Of a DNA stretch of 64,000 nucleotides, positions 11,007 to 20,339 are shown piece by piece. The position numbers and the translations under genes were made by a program. Within the stretch, counting starts at the first letter, position 1. Each line of letters opens with the position of its first letter. Source of the stretch: Candidatus Bathyarchaeota archaeon (GTDB lineage Archaea; Thermoproteota; Bathyarchaeia; Bathyarchaeales; Bathycorpusculaceae); assembly GCA_963780185.1 (NCBI GenBank), contig CAWABA010000007.1, forward strand, positions 185,175 through 249,174, in the 5' to 3' direction. Under the pieces are notes generated by a model. The model saw nothing but the letters and a program-made list of their open reading frames with translations. It did not search any database and had not been told where the DNA came from.

Positions 11007-11660
11007 CTATGGTGTTAGCGTTTGGTTCTGGGTGACTACCCATCGGTTTGTGCCGACCAGTCTTAACACATCAGTCTTCTGCACGAATTCGCCAGTTGCC
11101 TTGTTGACAAATTCATGCGTTCGACACAACTCAACAAGCACTCCCGTCTCCCTATCAAAATAGCAGCTGCCCCAATCGTCAGAACAATTCCAAGTGACCA
11201 AATTCGTCTCTCTCGACCCGCTCGGGTAAGCCCAGATTACTGTCTTGTTTATGGTTAGCTGAACGGTTGGAAGCGGGTCGCCCGCCTTGAGGTTCGCTGC
11301 GCAGATGGGAACGCCTTTTTGCGTGAATTTGAGGGCGCTTTCATTCTGGGGGTTTAGGTTGGTTTGGAAGCTGAAGGTGCTTTCGCTTCCGTTTTTGAAG
11401 TGAAGAGTGTAAGCTTGGTCAACCACTAAGCTTGAAACGTTGGCTACGGTGATTCTTAACCAAGCTGTATTGTTGTATTCGAACTGGGGGATTTTCAGTG
11501 TTAAGTTGGGTAGGTTGGAAGTGTAGGCGCCGTATGTTTTGTAGTAAAAGTAGTCTCCTTTGGATACTCCAACTGTCCAACTTGCTGCTGGGGATATGTA
11601 TTGGCTCGCAGACAGGGACACAAGCAAAATCAGAGCCATTAACAAAGGCTTTGTCCTCAT
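11007..11660 (-). CDS. Secreted hypothetical protein
   Basis: Signal peptide MRTKPLLMALILLVSLS; GVSKGDYFYY...FDRETGVLVE. Confidence 0.7.
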   Translation of the reverse strand: MRTKPLLMALILLVSLSASQYISPAASWTVGVSKGDYFYYKTYGAYTSNLPNLTLKIPQFEYNNTAWLRITVANVSSLVVDQAYTLHFKNGSESTFSFQTNLNPQNESALKFTQKGVPICAANLKAGDPLPTVQLTINKTVIWAYPSGSRETNLVTWNCSDDWGSCYFDRETGVLVELCRTHEFVNKATGEFVQKTDVLRLVGTNRWVVTQNQTLTP

Positions 11661-11731
11661 CTTGTGTTTCACCCATTTTTCCCGTGTTTCTCCTAATTTT
11701 TTTGTCAATAAATAGATTTTTGTAAGGGTTT

Positions 11732-11774
11732 CTTGACAAAACTGTTCAGGTTTAGTCAAGGTTTGTGAACAAAC
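11732..11774. promoter_or_regulatory. Candidate operator inverted repeats between divergent genes
   Basis: CTTGACAAAACTG-TT-CAGGTTTAGTCAAG (imperfect) directly followed by GTTTGT-GA-ACAAAC. Confidence 0.4.
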
Positions 11775-11852
11775 TATTTTTCGGGAAAAACTATGTTGGA
11801 TTAGCAAAGTTTTAAGCGTTTCAAAGTCATATTATCGGGCGGTTGAGATACG

Positions 11853-13121
11853 GTGCCTGATGTTCAGGAAGAGATTTATTCAATAATGTTCAGTTCACTT
11901 AAGCATCCTGTACGCCGCAAGATACTTCGCGTACTTTCAGAGAAGCCGCTGACTTTTTCAGAGATGCTTGATTTGCTGGGTGTCTCCAGTTCCAACTTGA
12001 CTTATCACCTTGAAAGCTTAGGCGAGCTTTTGACCCAGGAGAACGGCATCTACAAGTTGTCGACTTTCGGTGCCGCAGCCGTGGGAACCATGAAAATCGT
12101 TGAGGAAGCGCCTGAGGTTCAGCCTAAGAAGCGTGCCTCATCGTTTAAGTGGAAGACAGCTCTTGCGGTTTCGCTTATCGCCTTGATTCTGACGGCAACC
12201 GCGGTAGCATGGGAGTTTAACGCTTTGAACCAAGCATCTATCAAGCAGAACGACCTGCAGTCAAAATATAACCAACTGCTTTCGTGGAGTGCCTCAACAA
12301 GCACAGCCATCAACTTCCTGCAGCAAGTGCCCCAGATTGAAACGTCACATTACCAGGCGACGCTGGAAAGCAACAGTGTCGATCAACCCTCGGATTTGGG
12401 CGGGGTGCTGGAGCAGACTATGATGTATTCGCTTAGCAGCAGCGACAGCAAAATGGATGTTTACTTCCGTTTCCGAAGCGGCGAATTGTCATGGTACCAA
12501 ATCGTCATGCTTAACGGCTCACCAATTTATTCGCAGCCTCAGCCGTACGGCGCCCTGGATGCGGCGAAAGGTTTGCTTAGCAGGCTCGCAGCCTACGAAA
12601 ACGCTTCTTACCTTGAAAACATGAGCAGCACCCTGTCACTGGTCAGCGGCGCTATGCAGAACATGCAGGTAACCGAAGGCAACATCAAGCTTAACGTAAC
12701 CATCTCGGGTGCCACGACGCAGATAGTGATGCTGTACACCGAGAACGGCGTGGATTTTTCACCTAAATGCGTGAGCTTAACCTTCGCGGGCAACGACCTA
12801 ACCAACATGATTGACGACTGGTACCTCTTCACCATCGGAAGCACCACCGTAGATGTCTCCAGCAGCCAAGCGGTCCAGCTGGCGCTCAACGCCGTGAAAG
12901 GCTACAGTTGGACGGCGAACAGCACCACGGTTTCGAACTTCAACGTGCTCTCCCAGCCTGTTTCAGTTGTTTTTCACCCGAACACCAAAAACGGGTTAGC
13001 CCTCTACCCCCAATGGACCGTCACACTCTACCTTGACAAGGTCTACCCGGGCGGCGTCGGCAGCTTGACTGTTGAGGTTTGGGCGGATACGGGAAAAGTG
13101 GCGCAGATACAGAACAGTTGA
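11853..13121 (+). CDS. ArsR-type wHTH protein with a TM helix and large extracellular domain
   Basis: LKHPVRRKIL...LTYHLESL, hydrophobic segment, Ser/Thr/Asn-rich C-terminus. Confidence 0.8.
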   Translation: MPDVQEEIYSIMFSSLKHPVRRKILRVLSEKPLTFSEMLDLLGVSSSNLTYHLESLGELLTQENGIYKLSTFGAAAVGTMKIVEEAPEVQPKKRASSFKWKTALAVSLIALILTATAVAWEFNALNQASIKQNDLQSKYNQLLSWSASTSTAINFLQQVPQIETSHYQATLESNSVDQPSDLGGVLEQTMMYSLSSSDSKMDVYFRFRSGELSWYQIVMLNGSPIYSQPQPYGALDAAKGLLSRLAAYENASYLENMSSTLSLVSGAMQNMQVTEGNIKLNVTISGATTQIVMLYTENGVDFSPKCVSLTFAGNDLTNMIDDWYLFTIGSTTVDVSSSQAVQLALNAVKGYSWTANSTTVSNFNVLSQPVSVVFHPNTKNGLALYPQWTVTLYLDKVYPGGVGSLTVEVWADTGKVAQIQNS

Positions 13122-13136
13122 CGCGCAAGCCTGCTT

Positions 13137-13357
13137 TGCGCGAGGTGTTGTTTGTTTGATTCCGTTGGGGTTTCCGGTAAACTTTTGTAATATTACAAAA
13201 CTTCAAGCGGAAACAATGGTTTTCCCTGTTTCTTTAGCTCTCAAAATCTTAAAGGATTTAAGCCAAAACCCAAAAAGCAACCCATCCCAACCCCCAAGCA
13301 GAAGCCGCCGACGAAGGGAGGGGTCTAGTATTTACAACCAAAACCCACCACAAAAAT
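13137..13357 (+). repeat. Dispersed ~230-bp intergenic repeat, copy A
   Basis: Near-identical to the reverse complement of 26145-26375; contains the perfect palindrome TTTTGTAATATTACAAAA. Confidence 0.92.
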
Positions 13358-13450
13358 GGAGCAGAAAGGCGTATATCCTTTTTTTGGGCGGGGGTAATGG
13401 CAAGTTAGAAATAACTGTTCTAGTGATAGTTGTAGTCTGGACGATGCGTC

Positions 13451-14998
13451 ATGACCGATGTAGTTTTCACGTTTGAGGTTCATCAGCCGCATAGACTCAA
13501 GCGTAAGCTCTTTTGGGAGGGCCAAATCTTCAGTCGCCGCGGCAAAAACGAATTATTCAACTATTACTTCGACAACGAAAACGACAAAGAAATTTTCCAG
13601 CGAGCCGCACGCAAATGCTACTTCCCCTCAAACCAGATCCTGCTCGACTCAATAGACAAACACAAACACGAACACAAACAAGTCAAGGTCTCATTCAGCA
13701 TCTCAGGCGTCTTCCTAGAACAATGCCAAATGTTCGACCCCAACCTGCTGGAAACCTTCAAGCAACTCGCCGAAACCAAACGCGTAGAATTCCTAAACCA
13801 AACCTACTACCACTCAATCGCAAGCCTATACCCAGACAAAGAAGAATTCATTGAACAAGCAAAAATGCATAAACAAACCGTAAAGGACCTGCTTGGCTAC
13901 ACACCGACCGTCTTCGAGAACACCGAACTACTCTACAACAACACAATCGCCAAAACAGTCGAAACACTCGGGTACAAAGGCATCTTCACAGAAGGCATCG
14001 AGAAAATCCTCGGCGAAAAATCACCCAACTACCTCTACACTCCGAGAGGCGCAAAGAAAATTCGGGTATTACTCAGAAACTACAAACTCACCGACGACAT
14101 CGGCTTTAGGTTTTCGGCAAGATGGTGGCCCGAGTGGCCCCTGACCGCTGACAAATACGCGGGTTGGCTGGCTAACGCGCCTGGCCAATGCATCAACATT
14201 TTTCCCGATTACGAAACCTTCGGCGAACATCATTGGCCCGAAACTGGTATCCACAGTTTTCTGCAGCATCTTCCAGATGAAATACTGAAGTTTGACAGTT
14301 TACAGATGGCGACCCCATCCGAAGTAATAGCCAGGAACGATTCCGCAGGCGAAATCGATGTGCCTGAAGCCCAAGGCACAGTTTCATGGGCAGACGTGCA
14401 GAGAGATCAAACTGGCTGGTTAGGCAACGTCATGCAGTGGGCTTATTACACGGCGCTTCGTCGATTGGAACCACTCATCAAAGAAGCCGACGACGCAGAG
14501 TGGCTTAAACTGTGGCGTGACTTCCAAACAAGCGACCACCTCTACTACATGTTCACCGCAGGCGGAGGACCAGGCGAAGTCCACTCATACTTCAGCCCCT
14601 ACGAGTCGCCGATGGATGCCTTCGCAGTAGCGCAAACACTGCTAAACGATTTTGAAGCAAGACTTCGACTGTCAATCTCAGCGGCGAACGAACCCTTCCT
14701 GTTCCACACAGACGTCGGAAAAGAATACTACACTGGAACAATGGCTTGGAGCCTCAAAGGATTCATCAAAGCCGTCAGCGAAGTCAACGCGAAAGCCATC
14801 GAGTTTCACATGGAAAACGGAGATTTTGAAAGCTGGACACAAAACTCCCTTAAAGACCAAAAATTGGCATCACAACTCAAACAGCTTAAAGATTCAAAAG
14901 AAAAAGGCGAAGAACTAAGAGAAGCTATGTTGGATTTGGCAAAAAAACGTTACGCAACATTATACAAGCAAACGCAGGATGCAACCAAGCTATTCTAA
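13451..14998 (+). CDS. GH57 alpha-amylase/amylopullulanase-type enzyme with C-terminal DUF5752-like domain
   Basis: FEVHQP, QTYYHS, NTEL, DYETFGEH, TSDHLYYM. Confidence 0.92.
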   Translation: MTDVVFTFEVHQPHRLKRKLFWEGQIFSRRGKNELFNYYFDNENDKEIFQRAARKCYFPSNQILLDSIDKHKHEHKQVKVSFSISGVFLEQCQMFDPNLLETFKQLAETKRVEFLNQTYYHSIASLYPDKEEFIEQAKMHKQTVKDLLGYTPTVFENTELLYNNTIAKTVETLGYKGIFTEGIEKILGEKSPNYLYTPRGAKKIRVLLRNYKLTDDIGFRFSARWWPEWPLTADKYAGWLANAPGQCINIFPDYETFGEHHWPETGIHSFLQHLPDEILKFDSLQMATPSEVIARNDSAGEIDVPEAQGTVSWADVQRDQTGWLGNVMQWAYYTALRRLEPLIKEADDAEWLKLWRDFQTSDHLYYMFTAGGGPGEVHSYFSPYESPMDAFAVAQTLLNDFEARLRLSISAANEPFLFHTDVGKEYYTGTMAWSLKGFIKAVSEVNAKAIEFHMENGDFESWTQNSLKDQKLASQLKQLKDSKEKGEELREAMLDLAKKRYATLYKQTQDATKLF

Positions 14999-15057
14999 AA
15001 ACTAACGCGTTTATAAGCGAAGTCTGCTAATAATTAAAACAGTATGGTGTATTATCC

Positions 15058-15309
15058 ATGAGAGACGAGCTTCCCTTTCCAGACAAGGTCTTGCAAACAC
15101 TGCATAACTTATGCGCAACAGCCGCTGATTTGGCGAGAAGAGGCGAGGAAGTGGCAAGGCTTATGCAGAAAGACCCCAGCGAAATCGAAAACATTTTGGA
15201 TCAGTACAAGTCTGAAGGCTTCGCTGAAAGCTTCTATGACAACGAAGGAAAGAAACGATATTATCTCACTGGAAGAGGAATAATCAAGGTCTGCTCGCTT
15301 TTCACGTAG
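15058..15309 (+). CDS. Small winged-helix-like protein
   Basis: 83 aa ending RYYLTGRG; in the glycogen gene cluster. Confidence 0.6.
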   Translation: MRDELPFPDKVLQTLHNLCATAADLARRGEEVARLMQKDPSEIENILDQYKSEGFAESFYDNEGKKRYYLTGRGIIKVCSLFT

Positions 15310-15316
15310 TGGAAAC

Positions 15317-15943
15317 ATGCGTGTCATCATCTTTTCTTGGGAGTATCCGCCTAGGGTCGTAGGTAAACTCGCAGAGTATGTGAAGGCTTTGTCAAGTCTT
15401 CTTGCCAGCAATGACGTCGAAGTAAACGTTGTAACTTACGATGACTCCGTAACGGGTTCCGCTAAGGACTCAACAGGCGTGCAAACTGTTCGAGTGTCAA
15501 ATCCTGTTCGAACCCACATTGGAGTTCTAACCTGGGTTCTAACGCTAAACCAAGAAGTTGAAAGAGCAGCAGCCAACCTTTACTATCAAGCTAAAAAACA
15601 AATTGACCTAATTGACGTTTTCGACTGGCATTTTATCCCAGCCGCAGTCACCATAAAAAACGGGTTAGGCGTACCGTTTGTTTATTCCGTCGAAAGCTTA
15701 GAGGACCATCGATCCCAAGGCTTAAGCACACCCTACAACATGGCTATTAAAAGTATTGAGTGGCTGGGTTTTTATGAAGCGCAAAAAATCAGCGTTAAAT
15801 CTGAGTGGATGCGAGACGAAATCGTCAGAATCTACAAGGTTCCTCAAGAAAAAATCGCTGTAGTTCCAACCATCTCAAGTTCGTGGATAAAAGAGATTCT
15901 TAAACTCTACAGTAACGTCTCCGGAGGCTTAAATGCCGAATGA
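15317..15943 (+). CDS. GT4 N-terminal-domain-only protein
   Basis: SWEYPPRVVG, DWH; lacks the C-terminal EPFG domain. Confidence 0.8.
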   Translation: MRVIIFSWEYPPRVVGKLAEYVKALSSLLASNDVEVNVVTYDDSVTGSAKDSTGVQTVRVSNPVRTHIGVLTWVLTLNQEVERAAANLYYQAKKQIDLIDVFDWHFIPAAVTIKNGLGVPFVYSVESLEDHRSQGLSTPYNMAIKSIEWLGFYEAQKISVKSEWMRDEIVRIYKVPQEKIAVVPTISSSWIKEILKLYSNVSGGLNAE

Positions 15944-17145
15944 AAAACGATTTAACAGTTATGATGCTTAGCTGGGAGTTCCCGCCACGAGTTATTGGAG
16001 GAATTTCACCTCATGTCTTCTTTTTGTCAAAGAGTTTGGCGAAGCAGGGCGTAAAAGTTTACGTTGTAACATGTGATTTTCCTGATGCACCAACGCATGA
16101 AGTGATTAACGGGGTAGAGGTTTACCGCATTGACTCCTACAAGAACCCAGCGCCTGACTTTGCAACATGGGTTTATCTGATGAATCTTAACATGCAAAAG
16201 GAAACAGCAGCGTTGACCAGAAAGATCGGGAACAAGATCGATTTGCTGCATTGTCACGATTGGCTAGTAGCTAACGCTGGAATAGGGCTCAAACATGTCT
16301 TTCGTAAACCTCTTTTGGTGACTATGCATTCAACTGAAATAGGCAGAAGAGACGGGTTACATACAGACACCGAGAAAATGATTCATGAAACTGAAGCATG
16401 GCTCAGCTATGAAGCGTGGAAGGTTGTTTGCTGCAGTGACTACATGATTTCACACGTGAAATGGGCTTTCGGATTACCCAATGACAAGTTAGTCATGGTT
16501 CCTAACGGAGTCAACACCAAGGATTACAACGCTTCTCAAGAAGACTTGACGGATTTCAGGAGCAAATTCGCGCTGCCGGAAGAAAAAATAGTTCTTTTCG
16601 TTGGCAGATTGGTATATGAAAAAGGCATCCACATATTGATTAACGCTGTCCCCAAAGTTTTGGACAAAGTTAACGCTAAATTCATCATTGTCGGCAGCGG
16701 CTATATGAAAGAGCAGCTTCTGAACATCGTTCGCAGCATGAAATTGGAGCACAAAGTCCTCTTCGAAGGTTTCCTTGACGAACAGACCCTGCTTAAACTT
16801 CAACAATGCGCTGACGTATCCGTTGTGCCTTCACTGTTTGAGCCGTTTGGAATCGTCGCATTAGAGGCTATGGCAGCAAAAAGCCCCGTTGTCGCGTCTG
16901 ACACGGGTGGCTTATCCGAAATCATAGAGCATGACGTAACAGGAGTAAAAGTTTACCCGAACAATCCTGATTCGTTGGCGTGGGGAATAAACAAAGTTCT
17001 GCTTGACGACGGCTACCGGTGGCATATTAGGGAAAACGCCTACAAAAAAGTATTGGACAGGTATGATTGGGAAAAGATCGCCCAACAAACTAAACGCATT
17101 TACGAGGGCGTTTTAGGCGAGTACTCCAACAGTTTCTGGGCTTAA
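15940..17145 (+). CDS. GT4 glycosyltransferase; its 3' end is the integration target
   Basis: SWEFPP, HCHDW, VGRLVYEKG, FEPFGIVALEAM. Confidence 0.93.
   Translation: MKNDLTVMMLSWEFPPRVIGGISPHVFFLSKSLAKQGVKVYVVTCDFPDAPTHEVINGVEVYRIDSYKNPAPDFATWVYLMNLNMQKETAALTRKIGNKIDLLHCHDWLVANAGIGLKHVFRKPLLVTMHSTEIGRRDGLHTDTEKMIHETEAWLSYEAWKVVCCSDYMISHVKWAFGLPNDKLVMVPNGVNTKDYNASQEDLTDFRSKFALPEEKIVLFVGRLVYEKGIHILINAVPKVLDKVNAKFIIVGSGYMKEQLLNIVRSMKLEHKVLFEGFLDEQTLLKLQQCADVSVVPSLFEPFGIVALEAMAAKSPVVASDTGGLSEIIEHDVTGVKVYPNNPDSLAWGINKVLLDDGYRWHIRENAYKKVLDRYDWEKIAQQTKRIYEGVLGEYSNSFWA
17115..17141 (+). repeat. attL
   Basis: AGGCGAGTACTCCAACAGTTTCTGGGC, 26/27 identical to 21226-21252. Confidence 0.95.
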
Positions 17146-18106
17146 AACACCAGATACTCGCCTGATAGAGCAAATACCCAAAATAGCCAAAGTTCTTGAA
17201 AACTTAGAAGGACTTGGCAAAGAAAAAACTACGAGAAAAACCTACAGGAAACTTCTCTTAAGATTAGCAAGCAAAGTAAACTTAAACGAACCTGAACTTG
17301 TCAACCTTGCCATAGCCCGATTCAAGAAATTTGACCGCAAAACAGGAAGAGACACAAACAAAGAAGTAACCAACGGGTACAAAGACAAACTAATATTTGC
17401 CTACAAAACATACGTCGAATATTACAACATCCAAAACTGGAAACAGCCATATTATAAAGCAGAAGAAAAAGGCATACAACCACCAAACGACGAAAGAGTA
17501 AAATTCTTAATAGCAACAGCCAAAGAACCCCTTAACATAAAAATTATGATAATCGGAGAAACAGGGTTAAGACCCAAAGAAGTCACAGGAACAGACGGAC
17601 TCCAAGTAAACGACATACACAAAGACACAAAAACAATGGTTGCAAGAAGCTTGAAAGGATGCAACCCAAGACCACCAATGCCATTGAGCGATGAACTGTT
17701 AACGGCACTCACCAACTACATAACAAAACACAAGCTAAAAGGCACAGACCAACTGTTCATAGGAGACTCTGAAACGCTATCAAACCACTTTTACGACCAC
17801 AAAAAACTATTAGCAAAAAGACTAAACGACCCAACAATCGAACAAACACGCCTCTACGACATCAGACACTATTACATAACCAAGAAAGTTAGAAAACTAC
17901 AAAACACCGAAATAGTCAGACAAATAACAGGACACAAAAGACTAAACACGCTACAAAGATACATCCATATAGCCATCAACCAAACAGGAGAATGGATTAT
18001 CGAGCAAACGAATGACCGAGCAAGAGCTAAAGAACTCGCAACACAGGGATTTGAATATCAACTGACTACACCAGACAATTACATGCAGTTTAGAAAACCA
18101 AAATAG
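17117..18106 (+). CDS. int: Tyrosine integrase, int(C) fragment without a native start
   Basis: Frame open from attL (TAG at 17114) to 18106; GLRPKE (R), SLKG (K), YDIRHYY, ITGHKRLNTLQRY (H, Y). The track ORF at 17546 uses an internal Met. Confidence 0.9.
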   Translation, partial: ASTPTVSGLKTPDTRLIEQIPKIAKVLENLEGLGKEKTTRKTYRKLLLRLASKVNLNEPELVNLAIARFKKFDRKTGRDTNKEVTNGYKDKLIFAYKTYVEYYNIQNWKQPYYKAEEKGIQPPNDERVKFLIATAKEPLNIKIMIIGETGLRPKEVTGTDGLQVNDIHKDTKTMVARSLKGCNPRPPMPLSDELLTALTNYITKHKLKGTDQLFIGDSETLSNHFYDHKKLLAKRLNDPTIEQTRLYDIRHYYITKKVRKLQNTEIVRQITGHKRLNTLQRYIHIAINQTGEWIIEQTNDRARAKELATQGFEYQLTTPDNYMQFRKPK

Positions 18107-18230
18107 CCTTATTTTTTTTCCGTTCCGCTCCGCTTGCGCTCCGCTGCACTCCCCAAAAAATATTCAGCGATTTAAAAGATTATTCAAACATGAAAGCCGA
18201 CCATCTTCAAAACCGCATGACCTATACAGG

Positions 18231-18563
18231 CTAACTATCATCTATGTAACCCTTATCTTCCGAAGACAATTGTTTAGGAACTACAAATCCAGCAGGTGCA
18301 ACAAAACGTTTACAAATGAACCTTAAGCGACCCTTTACATCATAGGTGAAACAAGCACCAGCATTCAGTAAATAGTCAAACCTCTTACAATGTAATTTAT
18401 CATATGGGCAATCAGTATTTGAAAACTGACTCTTAACCATAGAGGAATTAGACGAATATTGCTTAACTTCAACAAAATTAGAGTCATCAACAACATTATG
18501 TTTTTCGGCAATATTTGAATTAGATTTAACACGAGAAAGCCGACGTTTACCCATAAACATCAA
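18231..18563 (-). CDS. Element hypothetical protein with Cys residues
   Basis: Follows the Rep C-terminal ORF by 2 bp; AAGGTTGA upstream. Confidence 0.55.
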   Translation of the reverse strand: MMFMGKRRLSRVKSNSNIAEKHNVVDDSNFVEVKQYSSNSSMVKSQFSNTDCPYDKLHCKRFDYLLNAGACFTYDVKGRLRFICKRFVAPAGFVVPKQLSSEDKGYIDDS

Positions 18564-18565
18564 CC

Positions 18566-18871
18566 TTAAACGAACTCATACCGAGAAATATAGGGCTTAC
18601 GCCTATCACTATCAGCAACAACTTGCCACACCTCAACACCACCCTCAACCGCAGGCATCCAACTATCTCTGACATAATCAACCGCATACTTAGCCAACGC
18701 AAAAACCTTACTACCCAAATATTTAGCCTCAACTAACTCATGCTGACAAAGCGGACAAAGCATTTTCCGAATCTCATAAGTGACCTTCAATTTCCGATAA
18801 CTACAATTACCAAACCAAGTAACAATCACATGACGATTTCTGACACTATTAACTGATAAAACCTGACTCAT
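18566..18871 (-). CDS. Putative C-terminal module of the HUH Rep (Zn-ribbon)
   Basis: HVIVTWFGNCSYRKLK...CPLC; same frame as 18872..19741, ATG directly after its TGA. Confidence 0.7.
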   Translation of the reverse strand: MSQVLSVNSVRNRHVIVTWFGNCSYRKLKVTYEIRKMLCPLCQHELVEAKYLGSKVFALAKYAVDYVRDSWMPAVEGGVEVWQVVADSDRRKPYISRYEFV

Positions 18872-19741
18872 TCAGAAACCCCCCACCTTAACAGCGCAGT
18901 GATTTAGCTGATACCAAGCCGTGCCAAAAACCGTAGCACGTTCAGCCTCACATTTAATAATATAATGATTTTTCGTGTAAGAACCCCTAACTCGCGCCTC
19001 GAAACCATCACAACCAGCACAAACAAACTCATTACCGTGCTCCTCAATCAAGCGACCACCACGAGAACGAAAACGCCTTAAAGTTTTGGCACAAGACCTA
19101 CACTTACCATAACCACCAAGAATAAATGCTATACTGTGTATATGCGGACTCCAATACCATCCAAACAAAACGCCTTTTTCAATCGACTCTTGATAATTCG
19201 CATACCTAAAACCATGAAAAATGAGACAACCGCCTACAACACCAACCTCAGACAAAATTCTCTTTACCTTAACTCGAAACTTATCGTTATGAAATTCAGC
19301 TAAACCCAAATCCGAATATGGCGGACTAACAATAATATGCTGAGGAGCACCAAACCGCTTAGATGCAACCTCTATTCGCTGAGCAATGTGGTCAGCCTCA
19401 CGCTTAGCATAACCCGAAAAACAGCAAACAGGACACAGTGGATTATTACATGAACGATGAATCTTACGCACAAAATTCTCGCCAACATGGGAAACACCAT
19501 CCAAATTAGACTGACTATGAAGCTCAACACGATTACAAATCATTAATTTTTGAAAAGCACCACAATAAGAATTAGTTTGAACCCCATGACCAGCTAACCA
19601 CCAAAAACCATGATGAGCGCTAACATCCTCTGGAGCCTCACAATCACCAAAAGACTTAGCATAGTCATAGTAAAGATTTTCAACTTCTTTCTCGGATAAT
19701 CCCCTAACAGTTGGAAAAACCGAAGCCAACTTTTCAGACAT
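18872..19741 (-). CDS. rep: HUH-superfamily rolling-circle replication initiator (Rep)
   Basis: Cys-rich N-terminus (CNNPLCPVC), motif 1-like HIIVSP, motif 2 WSPHIH, motif 3-like WYQLNH. Confidence 0.78.
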   Translation of the reverse strand: MSEKLASVFPTVRGLSEKEVENLYYDYAKSFGDCEAPEDVSAHHGFWWLAGHGVQTNSYCGAFQKLMICNRVELHSQSNLDGVSHVGENFVRKIHRSCNNPLCPVCCFSGYAKREADHIAQRIEVASKRFGAPQHIIVSPPYSDLGLAEFHNDKFRVKVKRILSEVGVVGGCLIFHGFRYANYQESIEKGVLFGWYWSPHIHSIAFILGGYGKCRSCAKTLRRFRSRGGRLIEEHGNEFVCAGCDGFEARVRGSYTKNHYIIKCEAERATVFGTAWYQLNHCAVKVGGF

Positions 19742-19997
19742 AAAGCTTTCCGTCCTTCTTTAAAATCGCGTAAATACTAACCTTAACGGAAGTAACCCAA
19801 GAAGGCAACCAACAACACCTAAGACCATCCTGACAACAGACACCAGACGCCAAATTAATGTAAAAATTACGGCACGGCAAACCAAAATAAGGACAGTTTG
19901 GAGCGCCACGCAAACGAACACACAAATCAAAACACGCTATCATAGAAAGCGAAACTTTTTTTCCAGCAGCGGACAAATCAACCTTTTGAACCAACAC
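19734..19997 (-). CDS. Element Cys-rich hypothetical protein
   Basis: Overlaps the rep start by 8 bp; GAAGGTG upstream. Confidence 0.5.
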   Translation of the reverse strand: MLVQKVDLSAAGKKVSLSMIACFDLCVRLRGAPNCPYFGLPCRNFYINLASGVCCQDGLRCCWLPSWVTSVKVSIYAILKKDGKLYV

Positions 19998-20339
19998 ACC
20001 ACACCTTCAAGCAAACAAGTTGCCGCTAAAAACTATATGTAAGGAGCTCTCATGAAAAGCGCAAAACCCAAAATCCATTGGTAACAATCAACAACACTTT
20101 ACATAAAAATTTACCAAATACTATATAAAGAAAATAAAAAACTGGTGCTTTCACTTTCAAATCAAAATTAGCATTTTTATCAGCAGTAATTGACAAATTG
20201 CCAACGATTAACAACATATTACTTGAAATCTCATCGAAAAAAAAATAGCGCCAAAAACAAATATACACTAACAACAATTAACGCTATTCAATAAATAACC
20301 AACATCATTCAATCAAAAAATCAAAATACCGAAGAAACC

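Noticed and set aside
13072-13476. 134-aa ORF similar to the ORF at 26076..26360, suggesting a duplicated gene
   Set aside because: Both are translations of the non-coding repeat; indels between copies break the frame and this ORF overlaps real genes
17546-18106. Standalone 186-aa integrase as in the ORF track
   Set aside because: The frame extends 143 codons upstream to attL; 17546 is an internal Met
18869-18874. Selenocysteine recoding of the Rep TGA
   Set aside because: The position is not a catalytic Cys-equivalent, no SECIS was recognised, and the adjacent ATG with an SD-like tract favours reinitiation
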